Below are positions 43,992 through 52,637 of a DNA stretch of 64,000 nt, piece after piece. Positions within the stretch are counted from its first letter, which is position 1. Each line of letters opens with the position of its first letter. This DNA is from an uncultured Eubacteriales bacterium (GTDB taxonomy: Bacteria > Actinomycetota > Coriobacteriia > Anaerosomatales > JAAXUF01): contig CAZFRE010000001.1 of NCBI GenBank assembly GCA_964521195.1, positions 200,239-264,238 on the forward strand. The letters are read 5' to 3'. Both the position numbers and the translations under genes were made by a program. The notes below the pieces were generated by a model. It worked only from the letters and a program-made list of their open reading frames with translations. It made no database searches and was not told the origin of the DNA.

Positions 43992-44053
43992 GCGGCCGTG
44001 CCTCGACCATGCGCGGTGCTTGAATCTGACTGACCGGTCAGGCTCGTTCGTAC

Positions 44054-44082
44054 TGGCAATTTCGCACTCCATCGGCTATACT
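44054..44082 (+). promoter_or_regulatory. Sigma-70-like promoter upstream of veg
   Basis: TGGCAA (44054-44059), a 17-nt spacer, then TATACT (44077-44082), 30 nt before the veg ATG. Confidence 0.4.
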
Positions 44083-44111
44083 GCCTCGACGAACAGAGGG
44101 AGGCTTCCTGT

Positions 44112-44393
44112 ATGGATCTAGTCCGTCAGGCCGAGGTCGTCGGCCGTATTCGTACTGACCTTGAAAACATGACCGGCAGCCGCATTCGCGTGAGAGCGAA
44201 TATGGGCCGCTCGAAGATCGTAGAGCGAGAGGGCGTCCTCATGCAGACGCACCCGGCGCTCTTCGTCGTGGAGGTCATGGAGAAGCGAGATCGCACGGCA
44301 CGCGCGTCGTATCAGTACGTCGACGTGCTCACGGGGACCGTCGAGCTCACGCACGTCGAGAGCGGCGAGAACCTCCTGCCCTGGCTGAACTAG
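44112..44393 (+). CDS. veg: Veg family protein (DUF1021)
   Basis: IRTDLENMTGSRIRVRANMGRSKIVEREGVLMQTHPALFVVEV..ASYQYVDVLTGTVEL. GAGGGAGG lies upstream. Confidence 0.85.
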   Translation: MDLVRQAEVVGRIRTDLENMTGSRIRVRANMGRSKIVEREGVLMQTHPALFVVEVMEKRDRTARASYQYVDVLTGTVELTHVESGENLLPWLN

Positions 44394-44418
44394 CCGAGGC
44401 GACTGAGCGAGAACAGTG

Positions 44419-44447
44419 AAGCGCGGGGCTTTGGCCCCGCGCTTTTC
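44419..44447 (+). terminator. Intrinsic terminator after veg
   Basis: AAGCGCGGGGC-TTTG-GCCCCGCGCTT, an 11-bp perfect stem followed by TTCC. Confidence 0.7.
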
Positions 44448-44469
44448 CATGTGAGAGGGGAGGCACGGC

Positions 44470-45357
44470 GTGGAGGGTCTGATCATCACCTCGCCCGCGA
44501 AAGTGAACCTGTTCCTCGGGATCGGGGGAGTCCGTCCTGACGGCCACCACGACGTCGACTCCATCTTCCAGACGCTCGAACTGCACGACACCGTGCGACT
44601 CGATCCATCCGACGAGCTGACCCTCACGTGCAGCGAGGATCTCGGGATCGCGCCCGAGCACAATCTCGCGTTTCGCGCCGCCCGTGCGTTCTCGGCCGCC
44701 TACGACGTGGACGTGCTCGTGGATATCGCGATCGAGAAGCGGATTCCCGCCGGGGCGGGGCTGGCCGGCGGCTCGTCGAACGCCGCTGCCGTACTCGCCG
44801 GGCTCGCACACTGGGCGAGCTTCCCGCTCGACGACCACCGGCTCCAGGCGGTCGCGCGCTCCCTCGGCGCCGACGTGCCCTTCTTCTTGTACGGCGGTGC
44901 GGCGCTCATGCGCGGACGTGGTGACGAGCTGGTCGAGCGCCTGTCGTTCCTTCCGGCCGACATCGCGATCGTCAAGCCACCCGTCCCCGTGTCGACCGCT
45001 GCGGCCTATCGCGCCTTCGATGACGACCCGCAGCCGATCGGCGACGGGAACCGTGTCGTCTCGGCCTTGCACGCGGGCGACCTGCAGGGTCTGGGTGCAT
45101 CGCTCTCGAACAACATGACTGAGGCTTCGGTATCGCTGGTGCCTCAGGTGGGCGAGGTACTGCGGCGCATGGCCGCGGAAGCCGGCGTGACCGGTGCACT
45201 TGTGGCGGGTAGCGGCTCGGCGGTGTTCGCAGTGTGTGAGAGTGCGCAGGTCGCCGAGCGGATCGCGGCTGACGCCGCCCGCGACGGGCTCTGGTCGACC
45301 GCGACGACGACGCGTCGCACGGGAGTGCGCGTGACGAACGAAGAGAGGGCATCGTGA
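44470..45357 (+). CDS. ispE: 4-(cytidine 5'-diphospho)-2-C-methyl-D-erythritol kinase
   Basis: SPAKVNLFLGI, KRIPAGAGLAGGSSNAAAVL (GHMP kinase motif), GADVPFFL, and the C-terminal SGSGSAVF. Confidence 0.9.
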   Translation: MEGLIITSPAKVNLFLGIGGVRPDGHHDVDSIFQTLELHDTVRLDPSDELTLTCSEDLGIAPEHNLAFRAARAFSAAYDVDVLVDIAIEKRIPAGAGLAGGSSNAAAVLAGLAHWASFPLDDHRLQAVARSLGADVPFFLYGGAALMRGRGDELVERLSFLPADIAIVKPPVPVSTAAAYRAFDDDPQPIGDGNRVVSALHAGDLQGLGASLSNNMTEASVSLVPQVGEVLRRMAAEAGVTGALVAGSGSAVFAVCESAQVAERIAADAARDGLWSTATTTRRTGVRVTNEERAS

Positions 45358-46121
45358 AGGTCGACGCGATGGTGCTGGCAGGGGGTGAGGGCGCAGTCAT
45401 CGACCCCACCGTCTCCATCAAGGGACTCGTGCCGATCGCGGGGCGGCCGATGATCGAGTGGGTCGTCAACGCGCTGCGCTCCTCGGATTCGATCGGGGAG
45501 ATCGCGGTCGTCGTGCCCACAGCGGAGGGTCTGGGCGAGTGGGCCGAGGGCGTCGACCACCTGGTCATCTCCGATCGGAGCTTCATCGACAACGCGATCG
45601 CCGGGTTCAACATCTTCAAGAACGACCGGTTCGTTCTGGGCGCCACAGGCGATCTGCCGGCGCTCGACGCATCGGCGATCGATGACTTCGTTGCGCGATC
45701 CATCGCGACAGGCGCCGAGTTCACCTATCCGCTGATTCGTGCGGAGGACATGGAAGCGCAGTTCCCCGGCTCCCAGCGCACGTACGTCAAAGTGGCCGGC
45801 GGACCGGTGACCGGCGGCAACATGATGGTGCTCTCTCCGGAACTGATGGCACGCAACCGTTCGATCGGGCAGAGGCTCTTCGATACGCGCAAGTCACCGA
45901 TCGCGATGGCGCGAGTCATCGGCATCCCGTTCATCTTCAAGTACGTGACAGGCCGCCTGCGTGTCGACGACGTCGAGAACAAGATGGGGCAGCTGCTCGG
46001 CGCCAAGTGCGCCGCCGTCTATACGGATCACGCATCCATCGGCGCGGACGTCGACAAGCCTATCGATGTCGTTGTCGCGGAGAGGGTTCTCTACGAGCGG
46101 CTTAGGGGTACCATGAAGTAG
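45354..46121 (+). CDS. Nucleotidyltransferase family protein (MobA-like NTP transferase fold)
   Basis: AMVLAGGEGAVIDPTVSIKGLVPIAGRPMIEWVVNAL is the typical LAGG..R/K NTP-transferase N-terminus. The start overlaps the ispE stop by 4 nt. Confidence 0.65.
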   Translation: MKVDAMVLAGGEGAVIDPTVSIKGLVPIAGRPMIEWVVNALRSSDSIGEIAVVVPTAEGLGEWAEGVDHLVISDRSFIDNAIAGFNIFKNDRFVLGATGDLPALDASAIDDFVARSIATGAEFTYPLIRAEDMEAQFPGSQRTYVKVAGGPVTGGNMMVLSPELMARNRSIGQRLFDTRKSPIAMARVIGIPFIFKYVTGRLRVDDVENKMGQLLGAKCAAVYTDHASIGADVDKPIDVVVAERVLYERLRGTMK

Positions 46122-46183
46122 CAGCGGTTGACCGCTTGCAGGGGCGTTCGGGGGAGCGCCAGACCGACAAAAAGGGGGGGTCC

Positions 46184-46486
46184 GTGCAGATCACCAAGGT
46201 GACACTCCGTCCCGTGGCGATGAACAAGGTGTGCGCCATCGCCAGCATTGTTCTCGACGATAGTTTCGTGGTTCACGACCTGCGTGTGGTCAACGGTGAC
46301 AAAGGACTGTTCGTGGCGATGCCGTCTCGGAAACTCCCGAACGGGGATTTCCGCGATATCTGCCACCCCATCAACACGGGTGCACGCAACGAGATCCAGC
46401 GGGCAGTGCTCGAGCAGTTCAACGTCGAGGGAGGCGTCGACGCATTCGCCGAGGCGGCCCGCGGACTGCCGGTCGAGGAGCACTAG
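46184..46486 (+). CDS. spoVG: Septation/regulatory protein SpoVG
   Basis: AAAAGGGGGGG lies upstream of GTG 46184. VQITKVTLRPVAMNKVCAIASIVLDDSFVVHDLRVVNGDKGLFVAMPSRKLPNGDFRDICHPINTGARNEI. Confidence 0.9.
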   Translation: MQITKVTLRPVAMNKVCAIASIVLDDSFVVHDLRVVNGDKGLFVAMPSRKLPNGDFRDICHPINTGARNEIQRAVLEQFNVEGGVDAFAEAARGLPVEEH

Positions 46487-46553
46487 CCTCCGCCCATCGC
46501 TCGCCGTGCACGCACAGCGCAGTCGCGAGCGCCATCCGTCGGCGTATCGTTGG

Positions 46554-46583
46554 TTGACGCTGCTCGGAGCTGCTCCCTAAACT
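46554..46583 (+). promoter_or_regulatory. Possible promoter for tRNA-Gln/glmU
   Basis: TTGACG (46554-46559), an 18-nt spacer, then TAAACT (46578-46583). Confidence 0.35.
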
Positions 46584-46617
46584 GCGTTGCGGCCTAGGTG
46601 CCGCAGTTGTGCGCTGA

Positions 46618-46691
46618 TGGGGCATCGTCTAACGGCAGGACTCGGGATTTTGGTTCCCGCTATCCAGGTTCGAATCCTGGTGCCCCAGCCA
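46618..46691 (+). tRNA. tRNA-Gln (anticodon UUG), CCA encoded
   Basis: Acceptor TGGGGCA/TGCCCCA (U1-A72, G73 as in bacterial tRNA-Gln), anticodon arm CGGGA-TTTTGGT-TCCCG, T-arm CCAGG-TTCGAAT-CCTGG, then GCCA. 74 nt. Confidence 0.9.
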
Positions 46692-46749
46692 CGCGCCGGC
46701 AAGCCCACGGGACGCGTCCGTGGCCGCTTCTCGTCTAAGGAGCAACCTG

Positions 46750-48123
46750 ATGAGTTCGATCGCTCTGATCCTCGCGGCAGGCGAGGGCACGCGGATGAAG
46801 TCCGACACCCCCAAGGTCGCGCACGAGATCCTGGGCAAGCCGATGCTGAACTGGGTCGTCGATGCTGCTCGCGACGCGGGCTGCGAGCGCGTCATAGCGG
46901 TCACCGGCCACCGCGCCGAGCAGGTCGAGGCGCTGCTCGAGGGCATCACGAGCGTGCGTCAGGAGCGCCAGCTCGGGACCGGCCATGCGGTGATGTGCGC
47001 AGCCGATGAACTCGCCGGCTTCCAAGGGTCGCTGCTGGTGCTCTCGGGTGACACGCCGCTGCTGCGCGCCGAGACGATCGCCGGCCTCATCGCGATGCGC
47101 GAGGCGTCGGGCGCGGCATGCACGGTCCTGACCGCCGACCTCGCGAACCCGACCGGGTACGGCCGCATCGTGCGCATGAGCCACGACCTGTCGGTCGACC
47201 GCATCGTCGAGGAGAAGGACTGCTCGGCACAGGAGCGCCACATCACGGAGATCAACACGGGAGCGTACTGCTTCGACTCGGCGGTGCTGTTCGCCCACTT
47301 GGACCGACTGACCACCGACAACGCGCAAGGCGAGTACTATCTGACCGACATGATCCGCGTCTTCCGGGACGAGGGGATGACGGTCGGGGCGATGCTCGCC
47401 GACGACTGGATCGAGACGATCGGAGTCAACAGCCGCGTGCAGCTCGCCGAGGCGACCAAGCTCATGCAGCACCGCATCAACACCGCCCACATGCTCGCAG
47501 GCGTGACGATGACCGACCCCGATCTCGTGTGGGTCGGACCCGATGTCACGCTCGGCCGGGACGTGGAGCTGCTGCCGATGACGTTCCTGCACGGCACCAC
47601 GACGGTTGCCGATGGTGCGCGCATCGGGCCCAGCGCGCGGCTGACCGATGCGACGGTCGCCGAGGGCGCCGTCGTCGACGCGTCGGTCGTCGTCGGCGCT
47701 GTGATCGGCCCGGGTGCGAGCGTGGGGCCGGTATCGTACCTGCGCCAGGGCACGGTCCTCTCGGCGAACGCCAAGGCCGGAGCATGCGTGGAGATCAAGA
47801 ACTCGACGGTGGGCGAGCGCAGCAAGGTCCCGCACCTGTCCTACATCGGTGACGCGACCATCGGTACCGATGTGAACGTCGGGGCCGGGTCGATCACCTG
47901 CAACTACGACGGCGTGAGCAAGCACCCGACCACGATCGCCGACGGCGCGTTCATCGGCTCTGATACGATGCTTGTGGCGCCGGTCAACGTCGGCGCCGGC
48001 GCGGTCACCGCGGCAGGCAGCACCATCGCCCGCGACGTGCCTGAGGGAGCGCTTGCGGTCGAGCGCACCGATCAGGTCACGGTCGAGGGATGGGCGGCGC
48101 GCCGGGGCAAGCGCAAGGAGTAG
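46750..48123 (+). CDS. glmU: Bifunctional UDP-N-acetylglucosamine pyrophosphorylase / glucosamine-1-phosphate N-acetyltransferase
   Basis: AAGGAG lies upstream of ATG 46750. IALILAAGEGTRMKSDTPKVAHEILGKPML, LGTGHAV, and a C-terminal left-handed beta-helix of hexapeptide repeats. Confidence 0.93.
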   Translation: MSSIALILAAGEGTRMKSDTPKVAHEILGKPMLNWVVDAARDAGCERVIAVTGHRAEQVEALLEGITSVRQERQLGTGHAVMCAADELAGFQGSLLVLSGDTPLLRAETIAGLIAMREASGAACTVLTADLANPTGYGRIVRMSHDLSVDRIVEEKDCSAQERHITEINTGAYCFDSAVLFAHLDRLTTDNAQGEYYLTDMIRVFRDEGMTVGAMLADDWIETIGVNSRVQLAEATKLMQHRINTAHMLAGVTMTDPDLVWVGPDVTLGRDVELLPMTFLHGTTTVADGARIGPSARLTDATVAEGAVVDASVVVGAVIGPGASVGPVSYLRQGTVLSANAKAGACVEIKNSTVGERSKVPHLSYIGDATIGTDVNVGAGSITCNYDGVSKHPTTIADGAFIGSDTMLVAPVNVGAGAVTAAGSTIARDVPEGALAVERTDQVTVEGWAARRGKRKE

Positions 48124-48154
48124 CGGACACGCGGACAAGGGAGCGGATTCGACG

Positions 48155-49117
48155 ATGGGTGAGCACGGCAAGCGCATGCTGGTCTTCGCTGGTACGAGCA
48201 ATCCCGACCTGGCTGAAGGCGTCGCCAAGCACTTGGGCGTCGACCTCGGGAACGTCAAGATCCGCAAGTTCGCGAACGGCGAGATCTACGTCCGGTACCT
48301 GGAGAGTGTCCGAGGGGCGGACGTCTTCATCGTGCAGTCCATCTCGGCGCCGGTGAACGACACGCTCATGGAGTTGCTCATCATGATCGACGCCGCGAAG
48401 CGTGCGTCCGCCCGCTCGATCACCGCGGTCATCTCACACTACGGCTACGCGCGCCAGGACAAGAAGTCGGCGTCGCGCGAGCCGATCACGGCGAAGCTCG
48501 TGGCCGACGTGCTGACGGTGGCGGGCATCGATCGAGTCATCACCATGGACCTGCATCAGGGCCAGATCCAGGGTTACTTCAACCTGCCGGTCAACCACCT
48601 CACGGCGCTGCCGATCCTTGCGGACTACTTCGAGTCGCTTAACCTGGACAACCTGTGCGTGGTGAGCCCCGACGTGGGGCGTGCGAAGGCGTGCAAGAAG
48701 CTCGCCGACATGCTCGGTGCGAGCCTCGCGATCATGCACAAGGGCCGTCCGGATCACAACGTCGCGGAGATCACGCACGTCATAGGTGATGTCGAAGGCA
48801 AGAACTGCATCGTCGCCGACGATATGATCGATACGGCCGGTTCGGTCGTGGCGGGGGCGAAGGCGCTCAAGAACGCCGGGGCCGCCTCGGTGTACGTGAC
48901 CGCCACACACGGTATCCTCTCGTCTCCGGCGTACGACCGGCTCGAGTCCTCGGTGGTGACCGAGGTCATCGTGACGAACACCATCCCGGTCCCCGAGGAG
49001 TACACCAACAGCAAGATCCACGTCCTCTCGGTCGCGCCGCTGTTCGCGCGCGCCGTACAGAACGTGTTCAACGACGAGTCCGTCTCGGAGCTCTTCGACC
49101 CCGATTTCCAGCTCTAG
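48155..49117 (+). CDS. prs: Ribose-phosphate pyrophosphokinase
   Basis: AAGGGAG lies upstream of ATG 48155. MLVFAGTSNPDLAEGVAKHLG..KFANGEIYVRYLESVRGADVFIVQS..YGYARQDKK..DLHQGQIQGYF..IVADDMIDTAGS. Confidence 0.95.
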   Translation: MGEHGKRMLVFAGTSNPDLAEGVAKHLGVDLGNVKIRKFANGEIYVRYLESVRGADVFIVQSISAPVNDTLMELLIMIDAAKRASARSITAVISHYGYARQDKKSASREPITAKLVADVLTVAGIDRVITMDLHQGQIQGYFNLPVNHLTALPILADYFESLNLDNLCVVSPDVGRAKACKKLADMLGASLAIMHKGRPDHNVAEITHVIGDVEGKNCIVADDMIDTAGSVVAGAKALKNAGAASVYVTATHGILSSPAYDRLESSVVTEVIVTNTIPVPEEYTNSKIHVLSVAPLFARAVQNVFNDESVSELFDPDFQL

Positions 49118-49186
49118 ACCACCAGACAGGTCGCTTGGGTAGGTAGTACTCGACGACACCGCACGCACGAGAAGGAGCCGCTCACC

Positions 49187-49819
49187 ATGGCCGAATCCAC
49201 CGTACTCACCGTGTTCCCCCGCACTGTCGTCGGCAAGGCGAACCGTCGCCTGTCCGCCGAAGGTCAGATCCCGGCCGTCCTCTACGGCATGGGCCGCGAC
49301 GCGCTGCCGATCGCCATCGACCGTCACGACTTCGAGCTCTTCATGTCCCACCACGCTGCCGGCTCGACGCTGGTGGAGATTCAGATCGAGGGCGAGAAGA
49401 AGCCGGTCAACGCGATGATCCGCGAGATGCAGACCAGCCCGCTCAAGGGCAGCATCCTTCACGTGGACTTCCTGGCTGTCTCGCTCAACAAGCCGGTCCA
49501 CGCCGTGGTGTCGCTGCACCTCGTCAACGATCCCGCCGGCGTCAAGGCCGGTGGCGTGTTGACCGTCGATCGGCACGATCTCAACGTCGAGGCCAAGCCG
49601 GCCGAGCTGCCCGAGTTCATCGAGGTCGACGTCTCGGCACTCGAGGTCGGCGACTCGCTGCACGTCCGCGACATCGTCCCGCCGAAGGGTGTCACGCTGC
49701 TCGACGACGCCGACGGCATCGTCGCCTCCGTCACTCCGCCGACCGTCGCCGTTGAGGCCGAAGAGGGCGCCGAGCAGGCCGAGCCCGAGGTCATCGGCGC
49801 CAAGGCCGAGGAAGAGTAG
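49187..49819 (+). CDS. rplY: 50S ribosomal protein L25 / general stress protein Ctc
   Basis: GAAGGAG lies upstream. RTVVGKANRRLSAEGQIPAVLYG.., IREMQTSPLKGSILHVDF, and an acidic C-terminal extension. Confidence 0.9.
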   Translation: MAESTVLTVFPRTVVGKANRRLSAEGQIPAVLYGMGRDALPIAIDRHDFELFMSHHAAGSTLVEIQIEGEKKPVNAMIREMQTSPLKGSILHVDFLAVSLNKPVHAVVSLHLVNDPAGVKAGGVLTVDRHDLNVEAKPAELPEFIEVDVSALEVGDSLHVRDIVPPKGVTLLDDADGIVASVTPPTVAVEAEEGAEQAEPEVIGAKAEEE

Positions 49820-49827
49820 CTGCACGC

Positions 49828-50394
49828 ATGACACGGATGATCGTCGGGCTCGGCAATCCGGGCCCGGAGTACGAGCGAACCCGGCACAATGCCGGGTTCC
49901 TCACTATCGACCTCTTGGCCGAGAACCTGCGCGCGAACTACTGGAAGGACCAGTGCGGCGCGAAGGTGGCTGTCGTGCGCTTCGCCGATGAGGACCTCGT
50001 GCTCGCCAAGCCGCAGACGTTCATGAACGTCTCGGGCGGCTCGGTCAAGAAGCTCGTCGAGGAGTACGGCATCGATCTGCCTGAGATGATCGTCGTGCAC
50101 GACGACATCGACCTGGTTGCCGGCAGCGTGCGGGTGAAGCGCGACGGCGGCCATGGCGGCCACAACGGGCTGCGCTCGCTGCACGACAAGCTCGGAACGG
50201 ACGGGTACATGCGCGTTCGGGTGGGCGTGGGTCGTCCGCCCGGGCGCATGGACCCGGCCGACTGGGTGCTGCAGCCGCTCAAGGGCGAGGCGCTCGACGA
50301 CCTCGAAGCGATGGTGCCGACGGCCGCTCAGGCCTGCGTGAGCATCCTCGAGGAGGGCATTGAGATCGCGATGCGCGAGTACAACGGCGTCTAG
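49828..50394 (+). CDS. pth: Peptidyl-tRNA hydrolase
   Basis: MIVGLGNPGPEYERTRHNAGF..KPQTFMNVSG..VVHDDIDL..GGHGGHNGLRS. Confidence 0.95.
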   Translation: MTRMIVGLGNPGPEYERTRHNAGFLTIDLLAENLRANYWKDQCGAKVAVVRFADEDLVLAKPQTFMNVSGGSVKKLVEEYGIDLPEMIVVHDDIDLVAGSVRVKRDGGHGGHNGLRSLHDKLGTDGYMRVRVGVGRPPGRMDPADWVLQPLKGEALDDLEAMVPTAAQACVSILEEGIEIAMREYNGV

Positions 50395-51584
50395 TAGGAC
50401 TGAGGGTTCTTCGGCGCGCCGTTGACGCGGACCTCCCAGTGCAGGTGCGGTCCGGTTGAGTTGCCGGTGCTGCCTACGGTCCCGATCCGCTGCCCCTTGT
50501 CGACGTGCTGGCCATTTCCCACCTTGATCCCGCCCGAGCGCTGGTGCGCGTAGAGCGTGACCACGCCGTTGCCGTGATCGATCATGACGGTGTTGCCGTA
50601 GGAGCCGCGATAGCCGGCGTAGATCACGCGCCCCGAGCCGGCCGCCACGATCGACGAGCCCGACGGGGCGCCGATGTCGATGCCGGGGTGCAGCTCGCGC
50701 CCGTGGAAGGGGCAGATGCGCGGCCCGAACGGCGACGTGATGCGGTGTGACGCCGGCACCGGCCACGCCATCGACCCGTGATAGACGCCCGAGCCATTTC
50801 CAGAGAGCTCGCTTTGCAGTCGCGCCGCCTCGGCCTCCTCGGCCTCGGCTAGAGCGCGGAGCCGCTTCGCGTTCTTCTTCGTGTCCGCCATGAGTGCGTT
50901 CTTCTTGCCGAGAACGGCGTTCTGGCGGTCGGTCTTCGCCTGGCGGGCATCCTGCAGGTCGCGCAGCTTGGTCTCGGCGGCCAGCGCCTGCTTGCGCTTG
51001 GCGTTCGCGGTCTCGAGGTCGCGATCGAGCTCGGTCTGTGCGCGCTCGAGCGACTCACGCGTGGCCACGAGGTTGGCGGCGATGTCGTTGCTCGACTTGA
51101 TGGCACGCGAGATGAACTCGGTGCGCTTGACGAGTTCGCCGATGTCGGACGAGCTCAGCAGCATCTGGATATAGAAGAGGTCGCCCTGCTTGTAGCTCGC
51201 CTCGACGCGTCCCTCGAAGTAGCCCTGCTCTTCGTCGTAGCGCGCCTGCGTAGCATCGATCTCGCGCTGCTTCTTCTCGATCTGGTTCTTCAGACCGCGC
51301 ACTTCGGCACGCAGCCGCTCGGTTCGCTTGCTTGCCGCCGCGATCTGCGGGTCGAGCGCGTCGGCTTCCTCCTGCAGGCCGTCGACGATCTTGTCGAGGC
51401 GGTCTGTCTCCTTCAGGAGCTTGTCGGCGAGTTTCTGCGCCTCGGCGGCCTTCTTGCGCGCGGCGGCGGCCTTGTCTGCGTGGGCACGCGCATCGGCTGA
51501 GGTGACGGCGTGAGCGGGAGCAGCGCACGACAACGCAAGCGTGAGCGAGAGGAGGGTGACGATGTATGCGCGGCTGCGATGCAT
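50391..51584 (-). CDS. Secreted M23 family metallopeptidase with an N-terminal coiled coil (EnvC/PcsB-like architecture)
   Basis: Signal peptide, then a long coiled coil (KAAEAQKLADKLLKETDRLDKIVDGLQEEADAL..). M23 motifs are HPGIDIGAPSGSSIVAAGSGRV and GNSTGPHLHWEV. Confidence 0.88.
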   Translation of the reverse strand: MHRSRAYIVTLLSLTLALSCAAPAHAVTSADARAHADKAAAARKKAAEAQKLADKLLKETDRLDKIVDGLQEEADALDPQIAAASKRTERLRAEVRGLKNQIEKKQREIDATQARYDEEQGYFEGRVEASYKQGDLFYIQMLLSSSDIGELVKRTEFISRAIKSSNDIAANLVATRESLERAQTELDRDLETANAKRKQALAAETKLRDLQDARQAKTDRQNAVLGKKNALMADTKKNAKRLRALAEAEEAEAARLQSELSGNGSGVYHGSMAWPVPASHRITSPFGPRICPFHGRELHPGIDIGAPSGSSIVAAGSGRVIYAGYRGSYGNTVMIDHGNGVVTLYAHQRSGGIKVGNGQHVDKGQRIGTVGSTGNSTGPHLHWEVRVNGAPKNPQSY

Positions 51585-51797
51585 GTGTTCGAATCCTCCG
51601 GTGGGCTGGTGCGAAGGTGAGTATGTCGCCGCCCGGAAGGCGCAGGTACGTTCGTGGGAATGATACTACTCGCGCAGCGCGAGCGGCAAACCGACCGGCC
51701 GGTCCGAGATGTCGCGCCCAGGGTGCAGATATATACTATGCCGATGCCCGCAGGCCCCTGCGCGCATGCATCACGACGACGAGCCCCGTGGAGGCAT

Positions 51798-52637
51798 ATG
51801 TTCCGCATCGTTCACACCCGGCAGCTCTCCGACGCGGTCTTCGAGATGGGCGTGCACGCGCCCAAGATCGCGGCCAAGGCGCGTGCCGGCCAGTTCCTCA
51901 TGATCCGGATCGACGAGGCCGGCGAGCGCATCCCGCTCACCTTCTCGGACTGGTCCGCCGAGGAGGGGTGGATCCGCTTCATCTTCATGCGGGTGGGCAA
52001 GACCACCCACCAGCTCTCGCACCTGCGGGTCGGCGACGAGCTGGCGGACGTGGTCGGGCCGCTCGGCGTGCCGACTCACACGGACGGCGGTGGCCGCGTC
52101 GCCGTTGTAGGCGGCGGCGTGGGCGTCGCGGTCGCGTACCCGGTTGCGCGTGCGCTCGCCCAGGCCGGAGCGCAGGTCAGCGTCATCATCGGCGCGCGCA
52201 ACCGGGACCTGCTCATCCTCGAGGAGGAGCTGCGCGCCCTGCCGCTCGAGCGGTTCGTGATCGTGACGGACGATGGTTCCGCCGGCATCAAGGGTCTCGT
52301 CACGCACCCGCTCAAGGAGCTGTGCGAGGCCGGCGAGATCGACTCGGCGTTCGCGGTGGGCCCGGCGATCATGATGAAGTTCTGCGCGGCGACCACGCGC
52401 GAGTTCGAGGTGCCCACGACCGTCTCGCTCAACCCGATCATGGTCGACGGCACCGGCATGTGCGGTGCCTGCCGCGTCACCGTGGGAGGCGAGACGAAGT
52501 TCGGCTGCGTGGACGGCCCCGACTTCGACGCGCATGCGGTCGACTTCGAGGAGCTCATGAGCCGCCAGCGCGTCTACTCCGACCTCGAGCGCGAGGCCGA
52601 TGCCGACTACTCCCAGGGGTGCCAATGCCATCTGTAG
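51798..52637 (+). CDS. Sulfide/dihydroorotate dehydrogenase-like FAD/NAD-binding protein (NfnA-type ferredoxin-NADP+ reductase subunit)
   Basis: MFRIVHTRQLSDAVFEMGVHAPKIAAKARAGQFLMIRIDEAGERIPLT.., VAVVGGGVGVA, and the C-terminal GTGMCGACRV Fe-S motif. GGAGG lies upstream of ATG 51798. Confidence 0.85.
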   Translation: MFRIVHTRQLSDAVFEMGVHAPKIAAKARAGQFLMIRIDEAGERIPLTFSDWSAEEGWIRFIFMRVGKTTHQLSHLRVGDELADVVGPLGVPTHTDGGGRVAVVGGGVGVAVAYPVARALAQAGAQVSVIIGARNRDLLILEEELRALPLERFVIVTDDGSAGIKGLVTHPLKELCEAGEIDSAFAVGPAIMMKFCAATTREFEVPTTVSLNPIMVDGTGMCGACRVTVGGETKFGCVDGPDFDAHAVDFEELMSRQRVYSDLEREADADYSQGCQCHL

